Source: Pelomyxa schiedti (taxonomy: Eukaryota > Protista > Evosea). From it: a DNA stretch of 64,000 nt. Below are positions 46,440-58,520 of the stretch, one piece after another. A program made the position numbers and the translations under genes. Position 1 is the first letter of the stretch. Every line of letters starts with the position of its first letter. The notes under the pieces are model-generated. The model was not told the origin of the DNA and did no database searches. It was given only the letters and a program-made list of their open reading frames with translations. The stretch spans positions 7,839-71,838 of the forward strand of contig JAHLWZ010000041.1 of NCBI GenBank assembly GCA_020536535.1, in the 5' to 3' direction.

Positions 46440-48783
46440 AAATGTAAAATTTCCAGCACCGATTCACCAGTTTCCACACCCAGCAGTGACTCAAGAGGTA
46501 CAGAACTAAGATTGTCCGATCCTCCCAGGGGTCTTACAGGGCCTAGTCCTGCTCCAGATCGTATCACAACCTCTCTTCCAAAGATTGACTATAGAGAGCT
46601 GACATGCATGAAACCGATAGGACAGGGCACGTTTGGGGAGGTCTTTTTCCTTCTCTTTTCCAAAGTTGTAATGGTACCAGGTTTTTTCTGCCAAATTAAA
46701 TGGATTAGATGTAGCGGTGAAAAGGCACACCCAAAACGATCCAGCCGGCCAGGCACAATTTTGGAAGGAAATTGAAATATTAACGTTAGTATTGTCCTTT
46801 TCCTTCGCAACTTACCAAAAAAAAAAAAAAGGCAAGTTCGGTCACCCAATATAATTCTTAGTATGGGATACTGTGTTGAGCCGCCTTGTCTAATTTCTGA
46901 ACTAATGGGTAGAATTGAAATCAAGCTGTCTTACATCTCACTTACCAAAGACTGTTCACTTTATGATGTCATACACACTAAGCACATGGAGATTCCCAAA
47001 GAAAAACAACAAAAGATTGCTATTTCGGTGGCGAGTGGTCTAAGGTAATGGTAACTTTGGGTTACATCTATCTAACGAAAAAAAGTTCCCTCCATTCGCA
47101 GAAATTTGCACATCGTGACCTGAAGAGTCCCAATGTGCTGGTTTGTGCCATACCCCGCAAAATAAATACTGAAACTTTAATTGACTAACGGTTTTTGGCA
47201 GGTAACGAATGACCTCTCTTCCATTAAACTATGTGATGTGGGGCTGTCAAAAGTTCTCCCCACCTCTGGGACTGCTTCGCAATGTGGTTCACCGTAGGGC
47301 ATCTCTGTATTGGCCTTTATTTCACCTTTGAAAAGATATTGGATGGCCCCAGAGGTTATATTACACAAGCCATACAATCTCAAAATCGATATTTACAGGT
47401 GTGTAAACTCATTGTTCTTTTTTTTTTTTATTCATTCCCACAGTTTTGCAATTTTACTGTACGAAGTTATTGAATGCAAGCTGCCAAGCTGCTCTGATTC
47501 CCCAAATCCCTTAATGTTTTTGGCAGAAGCTGCCAAGGGACAGAGACCCACAATGGTCAAGGCTACTGATTTTTGGCGTACACTTATCACAATGGTTGAT
47601 AATCCTGTTTTCTCTTTTTCTTACAAATAGAAAGTGTTGGGCCCATGACCCAGAGAAAAGACCTGACATTGCCAGTGTTCTGGCATACCTTGATCCGGCA
47701 CCACCGCAACCTTCACCCCCCGCGGACAACATACCTCGCCAACCACCCAGTAATCCTTCAATATCTTCTTCCTCAAAAAAGCCTGTCTCAATAGGTCCCG
47801 AATCTCGCACATCTGTCGTGATTTCCCCTTTTTCTGTTCTTGTGGCAAAGCCTTTTGTGGCCCCAGACGACTCTTGCCTAAGTCTAGAGGCAGGAAACAG
47901 TGTTCTCATTACTGATATACATGATGCAGACTGGTGGCAAGGCTTTCTGGATAACCAAGAAGGCCGAGTTCCTGTATCTCATCTAAAAATCACCCAGGAG
48001 GTGAAGACACAAGCTGAGCAGTTAAAGCAACAATGTGACTTCGTACGGTACAAATCGCGACTTGCACAGAATTCAAAATCTGGTGCACCTGGTAGCCCCA
48101 CAACCAGCTCTACACCACCCACTGTCCTCAGCGGTGGCTCTAGCCCATATGGAAAAGGGCCAAGTAAAATCAATGCCACTGAAAAGCCCAGTTTTACCCC
48201 TGATAAACCTGTCTTAGAGCCTGCCCAATTTCCCCCACCTCCAGTAACCCCAGCCTCTCCAGTTGTATCTCCACCTGCTTATACACCTGCGCAGATAGAG
48301 CACAATACACCGCCACGAGGACCGCCACAGCGCAGCCACGTGCAAACTCAAAACACAACACCACCTGTTCATACACTTCCCACACCTCCCCCAATGGCCG
48401 GACCTCCTAGACCTCCAGCCCCTGCTACTTTTCATCGCTTGGATCAAGAATTCGTTGTGGCTTATGATTGGCAATCCAATATACGAGACGGCTTACCGCT
48501 GGTCAGAGGTCACATTGTAAAATGTCTGGAAACCAATGATCAAGGATGGTACCGTGGCATAGACATGACAACTAACATTAAAGGAATATTCCCCGCTTCA
48601 CATGTTGTGGCACGGCAAGCAAGGGTTCTATATGATCTCCCCATCGAGCGGCAACCTGGTGATTTGCCTTTCACTGTTGGCGAGATCATTACAGTTTTAA
48701 GCACCACTGAACAATGGTGGCGGGGTTTGAACTCCAAAAATGAGGAGGGAATATTCCCACCAGAAATTGTACAACTTCTGTGA
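46440..48783 (+). CDS. TKL protein kinase with three C-terminal SH3 domains; 5' exon(s) unresolved
   Basis: IDYRELTCMKPIGQGTFGEV, AHRDLKSPNVL, IKLCDVGLSK, YWMAPEVI, CWAHDPEKRP. SH3 motifs LSLEAG..DWWQG..GRVPVSHL, YDW..LPLVRG..GWYRG..GIFPASHV and LYD..DLPFTVGEII..WWRG..GIFPPEIV*. Confidence 0.9.
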
Positions 48784-49014
48784 TGTCCACCTTAAGCTTT
48801 CCACGTCGTCAACAGAGGCAACTGATTTCCTTCCGTTTTTATATTCTCAAACATACACTAAGTCCCCATCCAACCACCAACAAACAAACCACCCAACAAC
48901 CACCGAGTGTATTTTTCCTTTACCACCCCAAAAAACTAAAACACTTTTTTTTCCCGACATGCGTGAATCAACACATTCCATTCCCCGTTCATAATCCCTT
49001 TTTGCACATCAGTA

Positions 49015-50366
49015 ATGGCAGCTACAACAGAAACTACTAGCACGAGTGTCCAGCCCTCCAGCTGTGACAATGTGTGTGAGAACAACATCATGGACGTTGT
49101 GTTCGACATGGAGACATCTGACCCCGATGACTTTATAACTCTTTTGTTGTTGGGTTCGTTTCGTGTGAGAGTTGTGGGATGAGAAACGTGGGAGCGTTGG
49201 ATACATAGAAATGTGATAATGAGCCCTTGCTGTGGATTGATAAACTGAATTCCACTGCACTTAGGGAGTCACCCAAGAGTGAATTTGAAGGCAGTTACTA
49301 TCTCTCCCGGGTCTGTGGAACAAGTGCGGCTGGTGAAATTTGCTCTGCGAGAACTAGGTACATTTCCACTTTTAGTTATCTCTTTTCTCTTGTGCTGGAA
49401 GATGACCTGTGTGTGCTTTAGGTCTTACTCACACAGTAATTGGGTCTTTCGACAGAAGCCCCAAACCGAAGGTTGTAAGCGGTTGGCATTATAAAGCTTT
49501 CGGTACACCAATTCCTACTGGAAATGATGACTCTCTCCCCGCTTGGCAAGTTCTTCTTGACTGTTGTGACATGAACACGACTCTAATAACTGGTTAGTAC
49601 TACCAAGTGTTCTACGATACCAATAGAAACAATTAGGAGCACCTCTGAAAAACTTGGGACAAGCAATACAAAAGAGCAATTCCGGTAAACCTCTCACTAT
49701 TGGGCGTTGGGTGTGTCAGGGTGGCTTTGCTGGAGAGGGTGTTGTTCCTCCAGACTTGCAGATGAAGAAGTTTCGAGGTATCGTTGCATTTATGTGTCTT
49801 TCTTCTCAGAAAAACACCAAGGATTAAAAGTCTGTCCTACATTCAATTTCGGAGGTGCCCCACAAGCAGCTTTGGCAGGAATTGCCTACCCCGGGATTAC
49901 AAGAAAGCTCTTTGTGTCAAAGAATGTTTGCCATCGAGTAGTATATGACAATACTATGCACAATGCTGTTAAAGCTGCTGTATTAGCCGCGCAAAGTGCT
50001 TCCTCCAATCCTCTGTCAAGTGATCGTATATCAAAGCAACTCCTGAACTCCCACTAAAAAACTAAGGTTGCAAACGGCGCCTGCGGGGACTTCAATTGAT
50101 TGAACAGGGAATGACTGAATACTTGAAAACACACCCTGGTAAAATGATGCACGACCCACTTGCTGCCACTGCGGCCTTGAACGAGAGTGTTATCACCTGG
50201 GCTGAAGTCGAATTCATGAGGCAGGAGTAACCCTCACGTTTTTTTTTAACAATCATTTCACAGAGAGAAAGGAGCTTGGGGAACTGTTCTAGCACCAGGT
50301 TCTGGCAAGTGGATTGCAATTGACTACAACCATGAGCTTTTTATCCAAACATTTACAGAGTTGTGA
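49015..50366 (+). CDS. Nucleoside hydrolase (IU-NH superfamily, bacterial-type DMETxDPDD subgroup), spliced
   Basis: VVFDMETSDPDDFITLLLL, NLKAVTISPGS..QVRLV, RWVCQGGFAGEG, CPTFNFGG, LFVSKNVCHRVVYD, KMMHDPLAATAALNESVITWAEVE, KGAWGT..WIAIDYNHELFIQTFTEL* ending at 50366. Confidence 0.85.
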
Positions 50367-50427
50367 TTTCTAAATTTGTATCCAATGTTTGACCAACAAA
50401 AATAAATTCTACAATCCTCTTTTGTGT

Positions 50428-51877
50428 TTACAACAGGCCATGTTTAACGTCAACTGATTTAACCTGGGAGAAGTCGACTTCATGGGAAACTACTGCTGAC
50501 GTTGGTGGAGGTGCTGGAGGTGTGAAGGTTTTTGCGGGTGGTTCTGTAACAGGGTCAACTGGGGTGGTAGATGTTGGTGGTGTGAACTCAGTTTGAACAG
50601 TGGGTGAAGTCTTCTTCCTCCAAAACCCCCAGCCGGAGGATTTACGGGATGAAGGGGGTGATGCTACAGGCAGGCCTGTCTGTGCCGAAGTGCGGGCGCG
50701 TGACTGGAAATTGAACTCCACATTGCCTCCTTGATACTCGTCCTCCTGTGCTGAGTCGGACTCTCCCAAAGGCTTGTTCATGTTCATTTTGCCGAAATCC
50801 ACTTCTGAGTCGGAAACTTGGTAGGTAGTAGTTTTCTTTTCTACTGGCTTCATCTTCTGCATTTTTTTGGGTTCTGGAAGAAGGCTGGCTTCTACACTTG
50901 GATCTTCTCGAGTAACAGGGCGACGGGGTGCTCGGAGCCACAATATATCACAAATTGCTACCAGAACCTTTATTTTGTGGTTTGTATGAAGAATTAGAAT
51001 TATTGTAGGGTTTTGGATGTTAAAGTAACTAGGTTATTTTTGTAGAACCATACAAAAGTAACAGCACAGGCCCCGTCCAGTAAGCACACCCACACTAAAC
51101 TCCAGTAGGGCTGGCAATGTATAACTGGTGGTGTCCCTTGCCAGGACACACCTTCGAGGTTATCTTTGTAACACCAGGCATCAGACTTTCCTACAGCTAT
51201 CGAGTCGCGGAAGATAATATAAACAACCACACCCCCGCAAGCCAACAGCAAAAATGCAAACTTATCATCAAAATTAGAAAGTGGAAAAGGGAAAGTGATA
51301 GATGGCACACAATGTAGGCTAGTTTTCGGTAATCGAAGAAGACAAGGAAGAAAAGGGCACCTAGTATCAGTAAGCCTAGAAGTACCATTGATAGCCTCAA
51401 AGCACTGAAGTATGTGTTAGCGGAGAAATCTTTTCTTTTTCCGTGAGTACCTAAACTGTACAGCCCAAGCACAACCAAGTTCTTCTGAGCTGTTGTCTGC
51501 ACATTGCATTGGAGGTAAGAGGCAATGATCAATTCCTGAGATGAAAAAAATGCCCACCGTAACGGAAAAGAGACGGCGTGTGAGACTTGAATGGTTCTTC
51601 ATCGCATGGATTCGTTGTCAAGTCGCCATTACCATTTAATATCTGTTTTCAGCATGTGTAAGTTAGTACAGTCTTGAAGTGAAATAGAGGTTCCCTACAT
51701 TGCTAGTAGATGTGTACAAATGGTCACCGAGCTGTGTGCAGGACAATATAAGGATGGTGATAACTGATGCCTGTGTGATGGGGAATCCAAAAGGAAAAAG
51801 CACTGGTATCCACGTACGATGCACAATAGGTTAACAACGAACATAACCAAGATCCGTGCCGGCCGGCCGCACTTCAT
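50428..51877 (-). CDS. Multi-pass membrane protein of unknown family with a low-complexity cytosolic C-tail
   Basis: Several hydrophobic exons (ILVMFVVNLLCIV, MVLLGLLILGALFFLVFF, LLACGGVVVYIIF, WSLVWVCLLDGACAVTFVWFY) followed by ORF 50428..50943. Confidence 0.55.
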
Positions 51878-52116
51878 CGTTTTATTTTGTTTGTGTTTGT
51901 CTGTTGGTCTGTTTTTTTCGGGTTGACGATCCGGGGATTTAAGTTGTCTGATATCATCCATGCAGCCCCAAAAAATGTTTTTCGATCCACATTCGACGTC
52001 CAGGTCGTACTCTTGGACCCACGTTACAGCGGGATCTCGTCTTCACTACTTCTGAATTGACCTCTTGTGGGGAATCAGCAATTCCGAGATCTCAGAGTAT
52101 TTTTTGGCTGTTTGAC

Positions 52117-53539
52117 ATGGTACCGGCGTATGGCTTTACACCAGAAACTTACCATTGCATTGACAGCACGGAGTGAAACGTATTAAGACCACTGAAGAAA
52201 AGGAGCGTGAGCGTAAGGCGGAAAATGTGGCCAAAATTAAAGACTACACAACCATGTGCAGTGAAATGCTCATCCAGGTAAACTATTGCTTGCTTCTTAT
52301 ATATTTCTTGACTATCCCTCAAAAAAGAAAAAAACACAAAAACATGATGCAGACTCACTCAAACTGAGTGAAAAAATCCTAATGACCAATCCTGATTTCT
52401 ATGTTGCGTGGAATTTTAGAAGAGAGATATTCCTAACCTTACAAAAAACCGATATGTGTGTGTTTCTAATTGTACTATAGGAACTAATTTTGTGTAGTCC
52501 TCTCTTTGAGGAGCAGATAAAAAGAGAGCTCGTAGTCACTGAGAAATGTATCGCGGCACACAGCAAGAGTTACTGGGTTTGGCTCCATCGTAAATGGCTG
52601 TCTACAGTACTACCTGACATGGATTGGGCACGAGAGCTGGCATTATGTGAAAAACTACTATCCCGTGATGCCAGAAACTGTAAGCAATGAATAATACGTT
52701 GGTTCTTCTACCATCCCACAGTTCACTGCTGGAATTATAGGCGCTATGTCAGTAAGTGTGCTGGCAAAGTTTTCGCGGATGACCTTGCCTTTACACTCAC
52801 CAAAATCAACGACAATTTCTCTAATTATTCCGCCTGGCATCAACGCAGCTTTTTGCTTCCACTCGTATACACTGACCCTGCAACACTTATATTAGCAATG
52901 CTTAAAGGTATGCCTTGTAAATGTGCCATTCACTTTCATACACCAAATAATAGAATTGGACCTTGTGCGCTCTGCGCTTTATACAGAACCCTCAGATCAG
53001 TCCGGGTGGATTTACCTTCGATGGTTAGTGGGAACTTCATGTATGTCGCAGACCCCCTTGTCACACTTAACAGCTACACAGTACAACATATAGAAAAATT
53101 TGAAAGTACTACTTCCGGAAGTGAACGTGGTGTGCCTCTTACGCCACATTGAAACAACACTTAACATTTTGGATTTTGAAAGGTGCCATACCTAGATCCA
53201 TTGATCTTATTACATCAGAAATTGGGCAGTGTATGCAACTAAGGGAAATTGAACTCGGGAGCAAATGTATCAATAGGCCTATTAATTAATCTTCTAATGT
53301 CTTTAGGGGTAATACTCACCTGTGTGTATCTAAACACTCTTCTGGTTCAGTGCATGACTCCACCCAAGCCCGCATCGCCATCAAGTGCTGATGCAGCACC
53401 ACAACCTACGACAACCGACCCCAGGAAAGCCGAAACCTTGCAATCCATCACCAGTGACTTGAAGGAGCTGGTCACCATTGATCCCTGCCACTCACATTAC
53501 TACACCTACCTCCTTCACCACTCAGACCTCAATCCCTAA
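52117..53539 (+). CDS. RABGGTA: Rab geranylgeranyltransferase alpha subunit (BET4/RABGGTA-like)
   Basis: M|[47 protein letters not shown]|[47 protein letters not shown]. These are PPTA repeats typical of the GGTase-II alpha subunit. Confidence 0.92.
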
Positions 53540-53620
53540 AAAAAATTGTACCTCCCACACAGTCTTCAACAAAAACTTACTGTGGCACAACAAGTCACAG
53601 GTGTTTTGTCTTTACCTTAC

Positions 53621-55926
53621 TCAGTTGAAAAGGGAGGCACTAACAGAGCCCGTGACACTCAGCGGCTCCCTGCACAGAGGGCAGCGCAGCTGCCTAGAGC
53701 CCTGCGCAGCCCCGACGAGCTGCTGGGCACACTCGAGGTGCAGGGGGTGCCCGCAGGGCAAGGTAGCGATCGGGGGCACCAAGCCCCGCAGGGCGGACAC
53801 GGCTTCCGCGGTGGGCTTGGAGCCGGCCTGCGTGGCCTCCTCGCTGAAGTCCTCCAGGCACAGGGGGCAGGTGGCGCCGGCGGCGAGGAAGCACTTTGCC
53901 GGCGCCGCGGTCTCGATGGCCTCGATGGCTTCCGCGGTGGTGACCTGCGCCACGGGCTCCGGGCGCCTGCCGCAGCACGAGTCCTCCTCCGCGGTGTTCA
54001 GGTGCCTGGCTGGGTACACTGTTGAGGAGGAGCAGCAGCCTGAGCCGGACATGATGGCGAAGGTGTCACTGTTCTCGGCGGCCCAAGGGACGAGGTAGCC
54101 TATGGCCAAGAGAGGTCCAACGAATGATGGCATGTAAGGGATTGCTCCGGCAACCTGCAGTATCAGGAAAGGAATCACACACGCCTTGGCTGCTGCCCTC
54201 AGGGCCATGGCAATGTCATTGAAGGTGCGGACTCTGATAGTACTGCTTGCACCGCCACAGACTTGATCGGGATTGAAATACGGCCAGTAATCAAGGCGCG
54301 GAACAAACCAGCCACACTGTGGGCAAGCATTGGAAACTACGCCTCCACCACGTCTTTCCATGTGGTGTGAAGTGAGCATGTTGCATCCCGTGTAATCAAC
54401 TGACAGGAAGGTTAATGTAATGCAACACGAGTTGTTTGGATACCTGGGCCAAATGTGCATCTTCCACACTGCCTGGGGTCGTTCATCCCTCCAGCAAGAC
54501 CAGTAACGAGGGATGTATCCTCGGGAATGTACCATGTTCGTGGCCATACTGTAAACATCAGTTGCCACACCAAGTAAAATATCATTGTCTGTGAAAGGCA
54601 TATTGCAACCACAGCAAGAGTAGAATCTGTGGATTCGGAAAGAGAACAGCTTTGTAGTACTCCAAATTGTGAAGCAATAACACGGAGCACAAATACGAAG
54701 CCGGTAAAGACCTTTGTGTAAAAGAACGTGAAGTACGTTCCGACAGGGGTGCAATAGCCGAGTATCAGAAGGGAAATATTCGCAAAGAATGTCAAGATAA
54801 GAGCTGGTAAAGGGTTTCGCGTAGCAAAACGCCCCAGTTCCTCCAGGACCGCCCAACATAATCGTGCAATTGTGCCCTGCCGAATCTTCCATACAATCCA
54901 TTTAAGGACAATGAACGGGATGCAGAGAGCGTGGGACATTTGACCCAGCACAGCACAGAGAGTACCATACCTAAGTGGGTCCAACCCAGTCAGCCGCAGA
55001 ATTCTTCCCACTCCGTGGATGGCCAAAACAAGAGTCGTCAGCCCCGAGCAGACAGAGCAAAATACCTGAGCCGCACACAGCACAGGGTTCACAGTAGTGG
55101 CCAAGGAGCGGTACGCCGACCTAGCCATGAAGAAGGTGAGCAGCGACGTGGCCGCGGGCACGGCCATAGGCGACACAGTCCTCCACACCGGCTTGAACAC
55201 GTACTCCTGGGCCAGGACAGCCGCAGGGTGGTAGTTCACCAGGTACCACGCCCTGAGCGCAAAGTCCCTGACGTGGGGCCACACCCTGGTCGCGAACAGC
55301 CACACGCTCCCGGCCGCCGCGGCCGCGACCTTGAGCACCGCGGCGCAGGCGCGGCCCACGGCGTCCCAGAAGGACTCGGGGGTGACCGCCGCCACCAGCA
55401 GCGGGACCGACGCGGCGCAGAGCAGCGCGGGGCTCGCGGCGAACCCGGCGGCGCGCAGGCGGCTCGCGGTGACCCAGCAGGCCAGGCTGCCCGAGGCCAG
55501 CGAGTAGCGGAGGATGAAGGAGACGCCGAACCGGCCGCGGAGCGAGGCTTCCGTGACCAGCACCACGAAGGCGCCGACGGCGAAGAGCGTGCCGAGCATG
55601 GTGCGCTCCGCCGGGTAGATGCGCTCGAGGCCGCCGAGCCAGCACAGCAGGGACGCGCCGAGGTCGAAGAGGTAGAGCCCAGTGTAGGCGTAGAGGAGGC
55701 GCTCCGGGACGCGCAGGGCGGCGAGGGCGACGGCCACGAGGGTGACGGTGACGGTCGACATGATGCCGAAGAGCAGGGTGCCCTGCGCAACCATGAGGAA
55801 CCCGGGCGACCCGCGCATTATGGGAGCGAGGAAGGGGAGGAAGCAGCGGAGGGGCAGGTTGAGTGCATCGAGGAGGATGTAGTAGAGAACAACCGGTATC
55901 GAAAACACCAAATCCCCCACTACCAT
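53621..55926 (-). CDS. Polytopic membrane E3 ubiquitin ligase candidate with an Rcat/IBR-like Cys-His motif and a C-terminal RING-H2
   Basis: About 10+ hydrophobic segments in ORF 54412..56064 (likely ATG at 55926). After a 44-nt intron (54400-54443) it reads CGRCTFGP|VDYTGCNMLTSHH..NACPQCGWF..WP. More TMs follow, then CPLCLEDF...LPCGHPLHLECA...CPLCR. Confidence 0.8.
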
Positions 55927-56060
55927 TTTTTGAAAATAATGATCACTGGGCTCAAGGGGCTTCTTCTCAAAAACATCGAATAAAGCTGTATTGACAAGTG
56001 CCTGCAGTCGTGTCACCCCAAAGGTATTTTCTTTTGAATTCAGAAACAAGCACTTCTTTT

Positions 56061-58442
56061 TCAAATCTTCGCAGAAATTTGTTGTGTGTAATAGGCACTG
56101 TATTCTGTGTACATTTCAGCAGCTGCGTCACCACCGAGATGAAGCCGGCTATCTGGGCTATCCATCAACCCTGCAGTTTGAGGTTAAAGCTAGGTGTTAA
56201 ATGTGTGGGTCAACCCAACCTGTGAATTCATATCCAACAACATTGGCCACGGTGGGGTACAGTTGCGTTATCTCCGCGATGACGTCAGTGACGTTCTTTG
56301 GGACAAGTCCATCGTCACCAATCGGGTATTGGAAGAGTTCCATGTCCACCCATAATGTCGTTCCGCTTTTGGCACAGACTTGCTCCACGGATTTGAGGGT
56401 GTCGAACGAGGGATCGCGGGCAAATCCGAATGGAAGGAGTACATCAACGTGCCTCAGCACACGTTCCCAGTCCTAATTCCGGTTGTTAGTTGGTCAGTTG
56501 ATTCTTGTTGTTGCGTACCGTGGTGTAGTCACCAAAATCCTGGGAATTGCAGGCAAATGCAACTCGGTGCAGCGGGTTGTACTCGTGCACAAGGGCACTG
56601 AATGCATCAAAGAACTGAACCATATCCTCCACGCAAAAAGGATACCAGTAGGCAGGTGTTTTGTAGAGAAAGCTTGAAAGCGTTGGTTTGTTTCAAACCA
56701 ATTCTGAGTGGTATGTATAATGCTCATACCTGCCAAACATCTCCTCGGATACATACCAGCCAACAACACTCGTGTGGTCTCCATACGTGGAAATGAGTTC
56801 ATCGTAGACTCTCTGAAAAAAAGTATTAAAACCATCGGAAACAGAAATGGAAAAAGAAACCTCATGCCAGCAGAGGCTTTCGTCCTGCAAGTCAAACCAA
56901 GCAAATAGTCCGACCCCAACAAAGATGCTCACACCATAGTGGTCACAGGCATTCAAAATGGCCTCGAGTTTATCATTTGGGTCCGTAAAATTGGGATACA
57001 GAACAGGATAGACAGTTGAAGGATACAGGGCTTGCCCTGAGGTGCCAGGAGGTTAGTCTGTCAACATTGAGGGTTTGTAACCTGCCATTGTAGATGTCAC
57101 AAGTCTGGTCTAGGAAGGTACGTTTATGTTTGTTTTATTCAACTGATAGGAGTGAATGAGGAGTACCTGTATGTCGCACATATTCATCATCCTGTTGAAA
57201 TAGTGAGGTTACTCATGTTCATGTTCCCTCCCCCACCCGGAGATGCCACACCAAAAAAATTGACTGTAAAACTGCGGTCCTGATGCCAACTTCAGCCATG
57301 TATCGAATTTGATCATCCCTTTGGGGAGCAAAGTTAATCAATCAAGACTGAGATTTGAGGCCAGCCATACCAATCCTGTGGAGTCATTTCTCGCAGTTGG
57401 TTGTTGTACATTAAAGCCTCACTCTCAGACCAGTGGAGCAAATCGATAAATGCTTTGATTGTTCCATTTAAGGTCACTTATCAACTGACCTTATGAAATT
57501 CTGTTTTACCTCCGTCAATAAGTAGGGTACTGTTAACTCCAGTGGTAACAAGCTGGTAAGGAAGTTGAAATGCAACAGGGTCACCTTACATGGGGGCATT
57601 AGTTCTTTGGTGGGTGGGTTGGTTGGTTGTAATGAGTGTAAGTGAGTGTTCCGCTCCTACATACTCCCTTGGATTGTCACAGTTATGTGTAAACTTAAGT
57701 CCGAAGCGGGGGAAAGCTTGTTAAACTCTTCGGATAAAGTAAAATATCTTGCCCCCAGTGCCGTGTCAAAACTTTCATCTAGAACCTCCGCACTGGTGGT
57801 TCCTATAAGTTCAGTTAATGAATGAGTGAGTTTCACCATCCTCCCGTTTTATTTTTAAAAGAGAAACACCACCCAACAAAACTCGCAAAGAGTACGCACA
57901 GAATATCAAACAAAAACAACAGAATTAAAGCCACATGCCAGTATTAGCCACAACCATAATCCTAGCTGCTGTCTGTGGCACACTTACGTATACGCCGAGT
58001 TTTACTGGCACCACAGATGATGCCCTGAACGGCGGATCCAGAGACACCCTCACAGTGGTGGTGCCGCCGCTATTGGAATAAACATCATCACCATCCAACA
58101 CAGAATGAGCAGTTCTGTGGGTGCAACGGCAATAATAATAATAAAAAAAAAGAAGTCAGTAAAAAGCGTATAGCATGGGGGAGGTAGTGAGAATGGCACT
58201 GGCCACAACCCCAACAAACAACATATCATTAAACCCCAATCAACAAAGGCCAATTTGGGTATAACTGCGTTGATACGGGGGATTACTATTCCATTTATGA
58301 GTAATAAGTACCCAGGTGTCGGCAGGGCGACCGCAACAGAAGGAAACAACAACAACAACAAGTTCACGTGCAGCAACATCACCACTCCCACAAGTGCGTA
58401 ATTACGCACAGCCGCCGCCCCCAACGTCACGGCCAGCTTCAT
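56061..58442 (-). CDS. Secreted DUF4434/DUF5109-like glycoside hydrolase-like (TIM barrel) protein, Bacteroidetes-like, multi-exon
   Basis: Signal/TM segment MKLAVTLGAAAVRNYALVGVVMLLHVNLLLLLFPSVAVA. Then VSLDPP, LIDG|..FIDLLHWSESEALMYNNQLREMT, LEAILNACDHYGVSIFVGVGLFAWFD..SLCWH, YGDHTSVVGWYVSEE, LWVDMELF, VGYEFT|GLMDSP..MYTEY. Stop at 56061. Confidence 0.8.
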
Positions 58443-58520
58443 TTCGTGAAAAAAGACTTTTAGGGGAACAGGTTTATTGTTTTTCGTAAAGGCACGCTGT
58501 GTTTGTTGTTGTTTACGGCT

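Noticed and set aside
53546-55983. Long alternative-frame and antisense ORFs (53546..54025 +, 54931..55983 +, 55121..55645 -, 55236..55790 -)
   Set aside because: They are shadow ORFs caused by stop-codon scarcity in the GC-rich patches of the E3 gene.
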